Shown here in pieces: positions 35,603 to 44,575 of a stretch of DNA of 64,000 nucleotides. The translations under genes were made by a program, and so were the position numbers. How positions within the stretch are numbered: position 1 is the stretch's first letter; each line of letters begins with the position of its first letter. Origin of the DNA: an uncultured Actinomycetota bacterium (lineage in GTDB: Bacteria > Actinomycetota > Geothermincolia > Geothermincolales > RBG-13-55-18); contig CAYWXM010000014.1 of the NCBI GenBank assembly GCA_964462595.1, positions 7,341-71,340 of the forward strand. The letters are read 5' to 3'. The notes beneath the pieces were generated by a model that was not told where the DNA came from, did not search any database, and was given only the letters and a program-made list of their open reading frames with translations.

Positions 35603-37681
35603 ATGAAGATCACCGCCCTGTATTTGCAGAGGTTCCGCCGCTTCAGGCAGGTGAACATCTCGCTGGACGAAGGCATCAACGTGATCAAGGGCCCCAACGA
35701 ATCGGGTAAATCCACCCTGGTGCAGGCGCTTCTAGCTGCCTTTTTCTGGAAGGTGGATGCCACACGCAAGGAGGTGCGGGACAGCGTGACCTGGGGCGAG
35801 AAGGACGGCTTTACCATCGAGATGAAGGGGGAGGCCTCGGGCCGGCCTTTTCACCTGTTAAAGGATTTCTCCTCCAAGAGCGCCTCTCTGGCCTGGGGCG
35901 ACACGGAGACGAAGGACCAGGCCCTGATAGAGGAGAGCGTGAAGGAATGGCTGGGCCTCGGCTCCGAAGCGGCATACCGTTCCACCGCGGGCATCCGCCA
36001 GGACGAGGTCTCGGTGATCTCGGCGGGCAAGAAGGAGCTGAGCGGGAGCCTGCAATATACCGTAACCGGATCTGAGGCCGGCAACGGCGCCGCGGAGGCC
36101 GCATCCGCACTGGGCCGCGACTTGAGCGAACTGCTGCGCGGCACGCTCGGGACCGCGAAGAACCCGGGGCCCCTGGTGCGGGCGGAGGAGGAAATGCGCA
36201 GGTGGCAGGAAAGGCGGGACGAGCTGGCGGCGCTGGTTGAAAACAGGACCAACGCGCGGCACCGCCTCGAGGTCATCAGGGCGGAGGCCGGCGAACTCAC
36301 CACAAGGCTGGAGGCGTTGCAGGGCCTGGCCGCCGATTCGTCTGAACAGGCGGATATCGAGGAGGACATAGAGGATTTTCACCGCCGCTACAGGCAACTC
36401 GAATCAGCGGCTTCAATGATCGACGAAGACGCCAGGCTTGAGGAGGAAGAGCGCGGCAGGTACGGAGGTTTGAAAAGCATCCTGGAGAGCAAGCGCGACG
36501 AACTGGGAGACATCGAGCTGCGCCGGGCAGGTGTATCGGAGGGGCTGGGCATACTGCGCGAGAGGTTGGAACAGGCCAGGAAGTCGCACTACGAGGCATG
36601 GGCGCCTTACGCGCTTCTGGCGGGCATTACCCTTTTCCTGGTAGGGCTGGCGGGCCTCGCCTTTTCGCCTTACATGCTCCTGTTTTCCCTGGCGGGAGGC
36701 GTCTGCATAGGGCTGTCGCTTTTCCCCGGCCGCTACCTGAGCTTTCTGCGCCGGGGGAGGGAACACTCGACCCTGGAGGAACAGGTGCGCGAGCTGGAGG
36801 CCCGGAAGCGGGATATCACGGCGCAGGCGGAGGCGATCATATCCGGGGCCGGCTGCGATACGGTGGAGCGCTTCACGGAGTTGAAGCTGGGGTACCTGGA
36901 GCTGCTGGCGCGGCGCAAGGAGATAGCGGACAAGCTGGAGGTCCTGGTACCGGATGGGGACATCGGCCGCATCGAGGGAGAGGCGCGGCAATTGGCGACC
37001 GAGGTCAGCCTGCGGGAGAGAAGGCTTAAGGAACTGCGAGGCCGTACCGTGGACGCCGCGCGGCTGCAGGAGGTCCTGCGCGAAAAAGAGAACTTGCGCG
37101 CCAGGCTGGACGGGCTCAAGGAGGAGCGCATCCGCCTGGAGGTTGCGGTCAGCGATGAGGGCGTGGAGGAAGAATACCTGCGCGCTTGCGAGGAGGTAGA
37201 ATACCTGCGCGACAGAAGGGACCGCCTGCAAACCCGCGCGCGGGCCCTGGAGCAGGCGCAGAAATGGTTGAGGGAGGCCTCGGTTGAGACCATCTCCTCG
37301 GCGGCACGCCGGCTGGAGGGCATGATCGGCGATTATATCGGCCGCATCACGGAAAAACGCTATCACAGGGTCCGCGTGGACGAGGAGAGCCTCGAGATAA
37401 CGGTATGGTCGGGGGAGAAGGGGGGCGAGGTGGAGCCGGAGATCCTGAGCCGCGGCACCGTCGACCAGCTCTACCTGGCCGCCCGGCTGTCGCTGATGGA
37501 CATCATATGCGGCGACCGGCACCCGCCGTTGCTTCTCGACGACCCCTTCGTCACCTTCGATCAACGCCGCCTAGCGCGCGCGATGGAGGTGCTCAAAGAT
37601 TTCTCGCGCGGCAGGCAGGTGATCATCTTTACCTGTGGAGACCAGTACGACGCCTATGCCGATCGGCTGGTGCGGCTATAG
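35603..37681 (+). CDS. SbcC/Rad50-like AAA ATPase with coiled coils and a central two-helix transmembrane hairpin (YhaN-like)
   Basis: Walker A GPNESGKST; signature/Walker B LSRGTVDQLYLAARLSL...PPLLLDDPF; long Glu/Arg/Leu-rich coiled coils. Centre: YALLAGITLFLVGLAGLAFSPYMLLFSLAGGVCIGLSLFPG (nt 36604-36732). No CxxC hook. Confidence 0.88.
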   Translation: MKITALYLQRFRRFRQVNISLDEGINVIKGPNESGKSTLVQALLAAFFWKVDATRKEVRDSVTWGEKDGFTIEMKGEASGRPFHLLKDFSSKSASLAWGDTETKDQALIEESVKEWLGLGSEAAYRSTAGIRQDEVSVISAGKKELSGSLQYTVTGSEAGNGAAEAASALGRDLSELLRGTLGTAKNPGPLVRAEEEMRRWQERRDELAALVENRTNARHRLEVIRAEAGELTTRLEALQGLAADSSEQADIEEDIEDFHRRYRQLESAASMIDEDARLEEEERGRYGGLKSILESKRDELGDIELRRAGVSEGLGILRERLEQARKSHYEAWAPYALLAGITLFLVGLAGLAFSPYMLLFSLAGGVCIGLSLFPGRYLSFLRRGREHSTLEEQVRELEARKRDITAQAEAIISGAGCDTVERFTELKLGYLELLARRKEIADKLEVLVPDGDIGRIEGEARQLATEVSLRERRLKELRGRTVDAARLQEVLREKENLRARLDGLKEERIRLEVAVSDEGVEEEYLRACEEVEYLRDRRDRLQTRARALEQAQKWLREASVETISSAARRLEGMIGDYIGRITEKRYHRVRVDEESLEITVWSGEKGGEVEPEILSRGTVDQLYLAARLSLMDIICGDRHPPLLLDDPFVTFDQRRLARAMEVLKDFSRGRQVIIFTCGDQYDAYADRLVRL

Positions 37682-37685
37682 GAAA

Positions 37686-38204
37686 ATGAACGTACGGGAA
37701 CGGTTCGAGGATTACCGCAAGCGTATACGCTTCGCCGACCTGGACCTGGCTTCGCGCTCCATGGCCCTGTTGTGGCTGGGCGTTTTCAGGGACCGGGTCG
37801 TACGCAGTTGCTTTCCACGCGTTGGCTCGCGGAGCCTGGTGCGGGACGTATCCGCTATCATCGATTCAACCTTTCTGGAGGGCTACATACTGGCCCGCGC
37901 GGCGGAAGGCGGAGGCGCCGATCCGGTTCTCTTCTCCGATCCCGAGCGCCCGGCGACGGTGGAGACGGGCCTGGAGAAACTGCGCCTGATGTACGAGGAG
38001 GAAGAGGCGGGAGCGGTCCCCTTCGCGGGAGAGCCGCTGGGGGTGGAGTCCATGGCGGAAGGCCTGGTGCGGGAGATCACCTACAGCCCCGGCATGATCA
38101 GGTTGGAGGAAAGGGAACTGCTCAAGGTACACTTGATGTATGCCCTGTGGGCTGGATACAGGCTGGCGAGTTTCGAAAGGAGATTGCGCGGTGAAAGAGC
38201 TTAA
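37686..38204 (+). CDS. Hypothetical protein (172 aa), third gene of the operon
   Basis: ATG 37686 lies 5 nt after the sbcC-like stop. No motif I recognise. Its 3' end overlaps the next gene by 14 nt. Confidence 0.6.
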   Translation: MNVRERFEDYRKRIRFADLDLASRSMALLWLGVFRDRVVRSCFPRVGSRSLVRDVSAIIDSTFLEGYILARAAEGGGADPVLFSDPERPATVETGLEKLRLMYEEEEAGAVPFAGEPLGVESMAEGLVREITYSPGMIRLEERELLKVHLMYALWAGYRLASFERRLRGERA

Positions 38205-38760
38205 GGGTCCCTCCACCCTGTTTCTTCCCAAGCCGGTGGTTTTGTTGAGCGCGGCACACGACGGGCGCGACAACCTCATGACCGTGTCCTGGGTCAGCGT
38301 TGCGTGCATGGAGCCGCCTCAGCTGGCGGTGGCCGTGCGCGAGAGCCGGTTCACCTTCGATCTTATCCAGGCCAGCGGGGAGTTCGTGGTAAATATTCCC
38401 TCCGAGGACCTCTTCAACGCCGTAGACCTCTGCGGAGTGGTGTCGGGCCGCGACCAGGACAAGTTCGCTCTTGCCGGCCTCACCCGCGAGGGGGCCAGCG
38501 AGGTACGGGCGCCCCTGGTGGCCGAATGCCCGCTCAACATCGAGTGCCGCGTGAGCGCTTCCCTGCCGCTGGGCACGCATACCCTCTTCGTGGGGTTGGT
38601 GCTGGCAGTCCATCTCGAAAGACGGTACGTGGGGGAGAAGGACAGGATCCTGGTAGAGGAGTTCCAGCCCTACGTGCTCAACCAGCGCGAATACTGGTCT
38701 ATGGGCAGGAGGTTAGGCAGGTACGGGGAGACGGCGGCCGAACTCGAGGTCATACCATGA
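38191..38760 (+). CDS. Flavin reductase-like (FMN-binding split barrel) protein
   Basis: [60 protein letters not shown] 38191 behind AGGAG. Confidence 0.85.
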   Translation: MKELKGPSTLFLPKPVVLLSAAHDGRDNLMTVSWVSVACMEPPQLAVAVRESRFTFDLIQASGEFVVNIPSEDLFNAVDLCGVVSGRDQDKFALAGLTREGASEVRAPLVAECPLNIECRVSASLPLGTHTLFVGLVLAVHLERRYVGEKDRILVEEFQPYVLNQREYWSMGRRLGRYGETAAELEVIP

Positions 38761-39383
38761 GCACCCGGGAAAGATGGGACCACCTGCGCTTCGCACTTCT
38801 AAACCCGGGAATACGCTACCACCAGTGGCAGTTTAGGCGGGGCGGCGTCAAGTGTGGCCCCTACGTGTGGATCGGCGCCAAACCGGACGTGGCGCTGTGC
38901 ACGGAGTCCTCGTGCTCGATAGGGGACGGCACCTTCATCCCCACCCAGGTGCAGATCAGGGGAAACGACCGGGGGCGCATCGTCATCGGGAAGAACTGCT
39001 CCCTGGACACCTATGCCCGCCTCTTCGCCGCCAACGACGCCACGCTGCTGCTGGAGGATAACGTGGCAATCGGTCCCTTCAGCATCATCAACGCCTTCGA
39101 CGACTGCACCATACGCAAGAACACCATGCTCGGCCCCTACGTGAACGTCAACTGCGCCGACCACGGCATGGAATGCGGAAAGGAGCCCATGCGCTTCCAG
39201 GGCGGCTGCTACGGACCGGTGGTCATCGGAGAGGACTGCTGGATCTGTTCCCACGCCGTGATCCTCAAGGGAGTGACCATAGGAGACGGCGCCGTGGTGG
39301 CCGCGGGCGCCGTGGTTAGCGAGGACGTCCCCCCACTGGCCATAGTCGCCGGCGTGCCCGCCCGGGTGATTAGCCACCGCTGA
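38757..39383 (+). CDS. Hexapeptide-repeat (LbH) acetyltransferase
   Basis: [55 protein letters not shown] start/stop overlap with the upstream gene. Confidence 0.85.
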   Translation: MSTRERWDHLRFALLNPGIRYHQWQFRRGGVKCGPYVWIGAKPDVALCTESSCSIGDGTFIPTQVQIRGNDRGRIVIGKNCSLDTYARLFAANDATLLLEDNVAIGPFSIINAFDDCTIRKNTMLGPYVNVNCADHGMECGKEPMRFQGGCYGPVVIGEDCWICSHAVILKGVTIGDGAVVAAGAVVSEDVPPLAIVAGVPARVISHR

Positions 39384-39384
39384 A

Positions 39385-39419
39385 GGGGCCAGGCCTTGTT
39401 TTTTGCATACCCCGGTATG
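39385..39419. repeat. 35-nt conserved intergenic motif, copy A
   Basis: GGGGCCAGGCCTTGTTTTTTGCATACCCCGGTATG matches 63280-63314 at 31/35 positions. Confidence 0.6.
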
Positions 39420-39501
39420 TTATCAAGAAACACACTAAAAGCAGGCCATTAAGCTGGTATTTTGTGACTTAACGCAACGGGCAGGCTGGCGGAAAAAGTC
39501 T

Positions 39502-41688
39502 CTAAAGGGAACGCATGAAGCCCAGGATCAGGTGGCCGGTGTTCTCGATATAGGCAGGGTTGATCTTATCGTAGCTGTCCTGGTAGGTGTGGTACCAGGG
39601 GTCGTCCTTGTACTCCAGCCACACCGCCGGGATACCCGCGTTCTCGAAGGGTTCGTGGTCCGAATAAGCGAAGTCCACCATGTAGGGCAGGGATATGCCG
39701 GCTCCCTGGGCGTAGGCCATGAGCTGGTCGCAGAGGTCCATGGGCCCCACCCCCATGGTACGTGCGTAGAGCTGGCTTCCCACTCCCACCATGTCGATGA
39801 CGATGGCGCCGTACACGTTTTCCCTCTCCGCTTGCGACAGTTGGTTGACGTAATAGCGGGAGCCGAAGTGGTGCTGGTCCGTGCCGTTGACCAGATATTC
39901 CTCCCCGCCGAAGAACACGAACTCGACTTGATAACCGACGGGGTTCTCCGCGATGCAGCGGGCGAGTTCGAGGACCGCCACCGTGCCCGAGCCGTTGTCG
40001 TTTGCTCCCGGGCTGCCTGTCCCGATCTTGGTGTCGTAGTGCCCGCCCACGACCAGCGTCTTTCCCCCCAGGTCCCCCGTCTCCGTTTCGCCCCCGATCC
40101 TGTTCTTCGCTATCACGTTGCGCGTAAAAGTCCCGTTGGGCAGGGGCACTTCCTGGATGACGGGAGCGTATCCATAACCCTCCAGAACCGATGCCAGGTA
40201 CCGGGCGGCCGTGGCTTCACCCTCGGTGCCCTCGACACGCAGTCCGATGCCCACGCTGAGTTTCCACAGGTGCTCCATGGCGTTGGCGACCTCGAAGCCG
40301 TCGCCGGGGAAATAGAGCGGCCTCTCTACGGCGACAGGCCGGTCGGAGTTCAGCTCGAAGGAGGTGTCCTGGTAACCTTCCACCTGGCTGGCGACGTCCA
40401 GGGTAAAGCGGGTCCGCGCGGCTACGGTGAAGACCCCAGGTTCACTCACGATCGCGTCTTGGATCATGCAATCGCCTTCCGCCGCACAGATGAAATCCAC
40501 TGTCACCCGTGCGTCTTCTTCTCCCGGGTTCATTATGCACAGGTACTCGTGGAAACCCGGCCTCGTGGTACCCTCGGCCAGGTAAAAGTGGGTGCCGGCC
40601 GCTTCAGTACCCTTGGAGACGTGCCCCCCGCGGCAGAAGCCGCGGTAGTTGAAGTACATGGGGCGCTCGGCCAGGAAGGGCTCGCCCGAAGAAAGCTCCA
40701 AGGAGACGTCCTTTACCTCGCCGGCCAGCTGGTTGATGAACAGGGTGTGGCGCCTGTCCGGGTCAAGATGTATCTCGAACGGTTTCTCCTCCCCCTCTCC
40801 GAACAGGCAGTTCAGTGTGATATCGCTGCCGTCATCCCCGGCGCTCTCGCGGGGCGCATAGAGGGTAAGCCATTCCTCGAAGCCCGCGCCGGTATAACCC
40901 TCGGCAAAGAGATAGCTCTTGCGGGGCTGGCCCAGGCCGCTGGAGGCGTGGCCCCCCGGCCACGCCCCGTGGTAATCGAAGTACACCACCCGCTCGGCGC
41001 ATACAGGCGTATCCGCCTCCACTCGTGCGCTGACGTCGCGATCCTCGCCCACCTCATCGTTGACGAATACGGTGCGGCGCGAACGGGGCGGGAGGTCCAC
41101 CAGCACCGGTGTTACGGTGCCGTCCCCGAGGATGAGGCTTACCGTGGCTCGCACCGCCGCTTCCGCGGGGTTGGATAGCAGCAGCCATGTCTCGAACCCC
41201 TGCCGGGTGCAGCCCTCGGCGAAATACCACGTGTCGGAAAGCCCCGACGTTCCACTGGTCACCGTGCATCCCTTCCATACGCCGCGGTAGGTGAAGTACA
41301 TGGGGCGCTCGGCGACGATGGGCTCCGCCGACTCCAGGTACAGCGATATCTCCATGTCAGCTCCCGCCAGTGCGTTCATATCCAGGGTCATGCGCGACCG
41401 GGGAGGCAAGGAGACTTCCTCCAGTTGGGACGGTCCCTGGTTGTAAAGGATATAAAGATCCAGTTCCGACCAGGATTCCCGGGGGTTAAAGAGGGTCAGC
41501 CATTCCTGGAAGCCCGGCCCCGTGTAGCCCTCCGCGAAGTACCACGTGGTCGAGCCTTCCGCGCTGGCCTCGCCGCAGGTGCCATCCCCGCCATATGCCG
41601 TATCCTGCCATACGGGCGCAAGGCCGGCAAAAAACAAGATCGCGGCCATAGCCAGTATCATCACTAATCCGCTGGCGCGTACACTCAA
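39502..41688 (-). CDS. Secreted/membrane-anchored M28 family aminopeptidase with four N-terminal repeat modules
   Basis: N-terminal hydrophobic signal/anchor GLVMILAMAAILFFAGL. Four modules begin TWYFAEGYTGPGFQEWLTLFNP, TWYFAEGCTRQGFETWLLLSNP, SYLFAEGYTGAGFEEWLTLYAP and HFYLAEGTTRPGFHEYLCIMNP. M28 core GGHYDT...GANDNGSGTVAVLELAR...FVFFGGEE. Confidence 0.88.
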   Translation of the reverse strand: MSVRASGLVMILAMAAILFFAGLAPVWQDTAYGGDGTCGEASAEGSTTWYFAEGYTGPGFQEWLTLFNPRESWSELDLYILYNQGPSQLEEVSLPPRSRMTLDMNALAGADMEISLYLESAEPIVAERPMYFTYRGVWKGCTVTSGTSGLSDTWYFAEGCTRQGFETWLLLSNPAEAAVRATVSLILGDGTVTPVLVDLPPRSRRTVFVNDEVGEDRDVSARVEADTPVCAERVVYFDYHGAWPGGHASSGLGQPRKSYLFAEGYTGAGFEEWLTLYAPRESAGDDGSDITLNCLFGEGEEKPFEIHLDPDRRHTLFINQLAGEVKDVSLELSSGEPFLAERPMYFNYRGFCRGGHVSKGTEAAGTHFYLAEGTTRPGFHEYLCIMNPGEEDARVTVDFICAAEGDCMIQDAIVSEPGVFTVAARTRFTLDVASQVEGYQDTSFELNSDRPVAVERPLYFPGDGFEVANAMEHLWKLSVGIGLRVEGTEGEATAARYLASVLEGYGYAPVIQEVPLPNGTFTRNVIAKNRIGGETETGDLGGKTLVVGGHYDTKIGTGSPGANDNGSGTVAVLELARCIAENPVGYQVEFVFFGGEEYLVNGTDQHHFGSRYYVNQLSQAERENVYGAIVIDMVGVGSQLYARTMGVGPMDLCDQLMAYAQGAGISLPYMVDFAYSDHEPFENAGIPAVWLEYKDDPWYHTYQDSYDKINPAYIENTGHLILGFMRSL

Positions 41689-41889
41689 CCGGCCTCACCT
41701 CCGGAGTTGTATCAGGGTGTGCCCTTTACCCATTGTACATTCACCACTGCGGTTTCGCTCCATGCGGGGGCGCCGCGAGGCCAGATGCCTACTGCATCCC
41801 GTGGCGATAGCCCCGGGACGCCCTCCCAATCCGCCTTCCGTATTCCGTCCGACGCTGGCAGCGCGTATAGGGCAGCCGGGGGAGACGGT

Positions 41890-43548
41890 TCAGCCTTCCT
41901 CTACCTCCCGCAGCGGCAGCTCCAGGGCACTCTCACCGTCCCCGTATATCACCTGCGCGCCCTCACCCAGTACCGGCAGCACGAAGGGTATGTTGGCGCC
42001 GCTCAAGGTAAGGCGGAAGCAATGCCCGGCCCCGAGCAGATGGTCCGCGGCTATGAGGTCCAGCGTTATCGCCGTCTCCTCTCCCGGCGTCAATCCCTCG
42101 AGGGTGGCGGTGCCGTAGGTGATGAGAAGCGGGAATCCCCCGGAGGGTGGGACGTCGTAGAGCAGGGCGTTGAGCTGCACCCTCTCCTGCAGGGGTTTCA
42201 ATCTCAAACGCAAGGTCGGGATGCCCAGCAACTCGAAGCCCCTCTTGGCGGGAGAGGTGGTGAAGGAGAAGTAGCCTTTCCCCGCATCTTTTCTGGGTCC
42301 CGGCACGGGGATGCCGAAGGCCTGGGGGCGCACCACCGAGGGACCCGAGTTGGCCGCGCTGAACAGCTTCGGCTTGAGTTTAAATTCGCCCCTCTCGCCC
42401 TTGGGGCGGGAACTCATCTTGAAAGCCCCGTTCTCCCTGCCGAGATAGACGCGGTGGGCCTTCACGTCCGGGGGCGGCCAGTCATCCTCCGCCTCCACCA
42501 GGCCTTTCCACGGCTTGTACAATCGCACGGCAGGCTCTGAAAGGATGCCGTTTTCCTCACCTTTCAGCCAGTAGTCGAACCAGCGGCGGGTGAGCTCCCA
42601 TATCTCCCTGCCGGCCCAGCGCGGCCCGAAACCGGGGTCCAGGCCGTGCAAGCCGTTGCGTATGTAAAGCATCTTGGGGGCGTCGAGCTTGCCGTAGAAC
42701 TCCATAATCTGGTTGGGCTCGAAGAGGTCGTCGTTCCAGGAGCCTACGATGAGCATGGGCGTTTTGGTGCCTTCCGCGTCGTAGAGGCAGGATCGCAGGC
42801 TCATGTCCTTTTCGTAATCGGCGATCCTCTCGCGCCTGAAGAGGATGATGCCGAACCAGCGGTAGAGCACGTTGCGGGGGTCAAGCCTGGTGGCCCAGGA
42901 GGCGGTCAAAAGCAGGCCAAGGCCCCAGAATATCTTGGCGGAGTTATTGGGGGTTATGCTCTGCCTGAGCTCGGTCCAGCCGCACATGGGCACCACGGCC
43001 CGAACCCGCGGGTCGCGCGAGGCGATGAGGAAGGAATGCCCTCCTCCGTAAGATATGCCGGTGACGCCGAGAGCCCCATCCTTTAGCGCAAGCCCGCTCT
43101 TTTCCAGCAGCCAGCCTATGGCGTCCTCCAGGTCGCGGAGCTCGCTCTCCGGGTCGGCGCACTGTACCCGCCCCTTGGAAGAGCCCCAACCGCGGCAATC
43201 GTAGGCGAGCACCACGTATCCGGCGGAGGCGAAATAGGGGGCGTAGAGGTGGCACTGCCAGCGGGAGAACATCCAGGAATGGACCATCACCAGCGCTGGG
43301 AAAGGACCCTCTCCCTCGGGCACGTAGAGGGCGGCTGACAGGCGGGTGCCGCCCCTGGCGTTGAGCTTGAACTGCCTCACCCCGAATCCCTTGCGCCTGC
43401 CCTCCATCTCCGCAATTTTTGCCGCCAAGCGGGGCAGAAACGGGATCACCGCAAGGGTAAAAATCGTTTTGTAGCCCAGCCGATCGAGAAATGCTGACAG
43501 TTTGCGAAAGCGTCGGCTTTCTTCCGCACGGGTATTGTTTGCCGCCAT
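41890..43548 (-). CDS. CocE/NonD family alpha/beta hydrolase (X-Pro dipeptidyl-peptidase S15-like)
   Basis: FPALVMVHSW ... YDCRGWGSSKG ... nucleophile elbow GISYGGG ... C-terminal beta-sandwich domain. Confidence 0.88.
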   Translation of the reverse strand: MAANNTRAEESRRFRKLSAFLDRLGYKTIFTLAVIPFLPRLAAKIAEMEGRRKGFGVRQFKLNARGGTRLSAALYVPEGEGPFPALVMVHSWMFSRWQCHLYAPYFASAGYVVLAYDCRGWGSSKGRVQCADPESELRDLEDAIGWLLEKSGLALKDGALGVTGISYGGGHSFLIASRDPRVRAVVPMCGWTELRQSITPNNSAKIFWGLGLLLTASWATRLDPRNVLYRWFGIILFRRERIADYEKDMSLRSCLYDAEGTKTPMLIVGSWNDDLFEPNQIMEFYGKLDAPKMLYIRNGLHGLDPGFGPRWAGREIWELTRRWFDYWLKGEENGILSEPAVRLYKPWKGLVEAEDDWPPPDVKAHRVYLGRENGAFKMSSRPKGERGEFKLKPKLFSAANSGPSVVRPQAFGIPVPGPRKDAGKGYFSFTTSPAKRGFELLGIPTLRLRLKPLQERVQLNALLYDVPPSGGFPLLITYGTATLEGLTPGEETAITLDLIAADHLLGAGHCFRLTLSGANIPFVLPVLGEGAQVIYGDGESALELPLREVEEG

Positions 43549-43986
43549 TTTTATCCCCCTTCGAACTGTTTACCGGCTTCGGCAAGGTGTCGCGTTGTAT
43601 CGAGCAACGGGTAAATGATATCAAAAAACCCGCAAACTGAGGGGTCAGACCCAGGTCAGCATGACGTCAGGCCAAGGGGCCCGCAAACCTGCCGAGTCAT
43701 GCCAAGGATCGATCCCGTAATGCCGGAGGTCAGCTCCGCAACCGACGCAAGCGGATTTTCGCCGGGAGGCAACGGAGGTTATGAGTGTATGACGCTCGCC
43801 AAGGCCGCAAGCCGGTCCTGACCCCTCGGCCGGACCGTCCGCGGCCGGGAATGTATCGCGTAAGTCGGTAAGAGAAGGAGAGCACGGTGCGCTGAAGGTA
43901 TATAGATAACGATGTAATCCGACACGAGCTTGTTATATATTGATATTCAGGTGGACGTATGTCGACAGTAAACAGGGGAACCACGC

Positions 43987-44274
43987 ATGTTGGAGCAATT
44001 CTCACGATTCGTAAGGGAACTCTTCCTGCAGGAGGTCATCCCGGTGATGAGCGCCAGCCTCACCGTGGGCTCGGATGAGGTCGCGGAAAAGCTGCCTCTG
44101 CTGCTGCAGAACTACAAGGCGGCCATCGTCAGGGGACACGGCAGCTTTGCCGTCGGGCAGATGCTGGAAGAGGCGTATCAGTGGACGTCCAGCCTGGAGG
44201 CGTCGTGCAAGATGCTGTATCTGCACCGCCTGCTCTCTCCCCGGGACAAAAAGGAGGAGGTAGGGAAATGGTGA
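43987..44274 (+). pseudogene. C-terminal fragment of a class II aldolase/adducin-family gene
   Basis: IPV...GSDEVAEKLPLLLQNYKAAIVRGHGSFAVGQMLEEAYQWTSSLEASCKMLY corresponds to only the last ~80 residues of a ~200-aa fold. No in-frame N-terminal half upstream. Confidence 0.5.
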
Positions 44275-44575
44275 TGCGGCGGCTATCATCCGCGTCACGC
44301 CTACCGGCAGCCTCGCTTCTTACCGCAAGGACGAGCAAGGCCGCGAAGCAGGCGAAGCTCCCCGCCGCCGCCAGGAACCAGAAGGGGCCGGAGCTCTCGG
44401 CCAGGGAGGCGAGCGCAAGCCCCGCTACGAACAGTATCGGTCTCCAACCTGTCATCTCTCTATCTACCTGCCTTTCCTTCGAGTTCGCTCACGTAGAAAT
44501 GCTATCACCGCCCAGTGACAAAAGCGGCGGCCGCAAGTGCCTGCGTCCGGGAGGTCTCCCGTGGGAGGTTACGGC

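Noticed and set aside
36413-37564. 383-aa minus-strand ORF, and other ORFs inside the sbcC-like gene
   Set aside because: Antisense or alternative frames of a coiled-coil gene whose GAG/CGC-rich codons keep several frames open.
39532-41178. 548-aa plus-strand ORF
   Set aside because: Antisense to the M28 peptidase gene.
44129-44455. 108-aa minus-strand ORF as a called gene
   Set aside because: Only the first ~45 residues look like a membrane peptide. The remainder is antisense to the aldolase stub and low-complexity. It is mentioned in a finding but not called.
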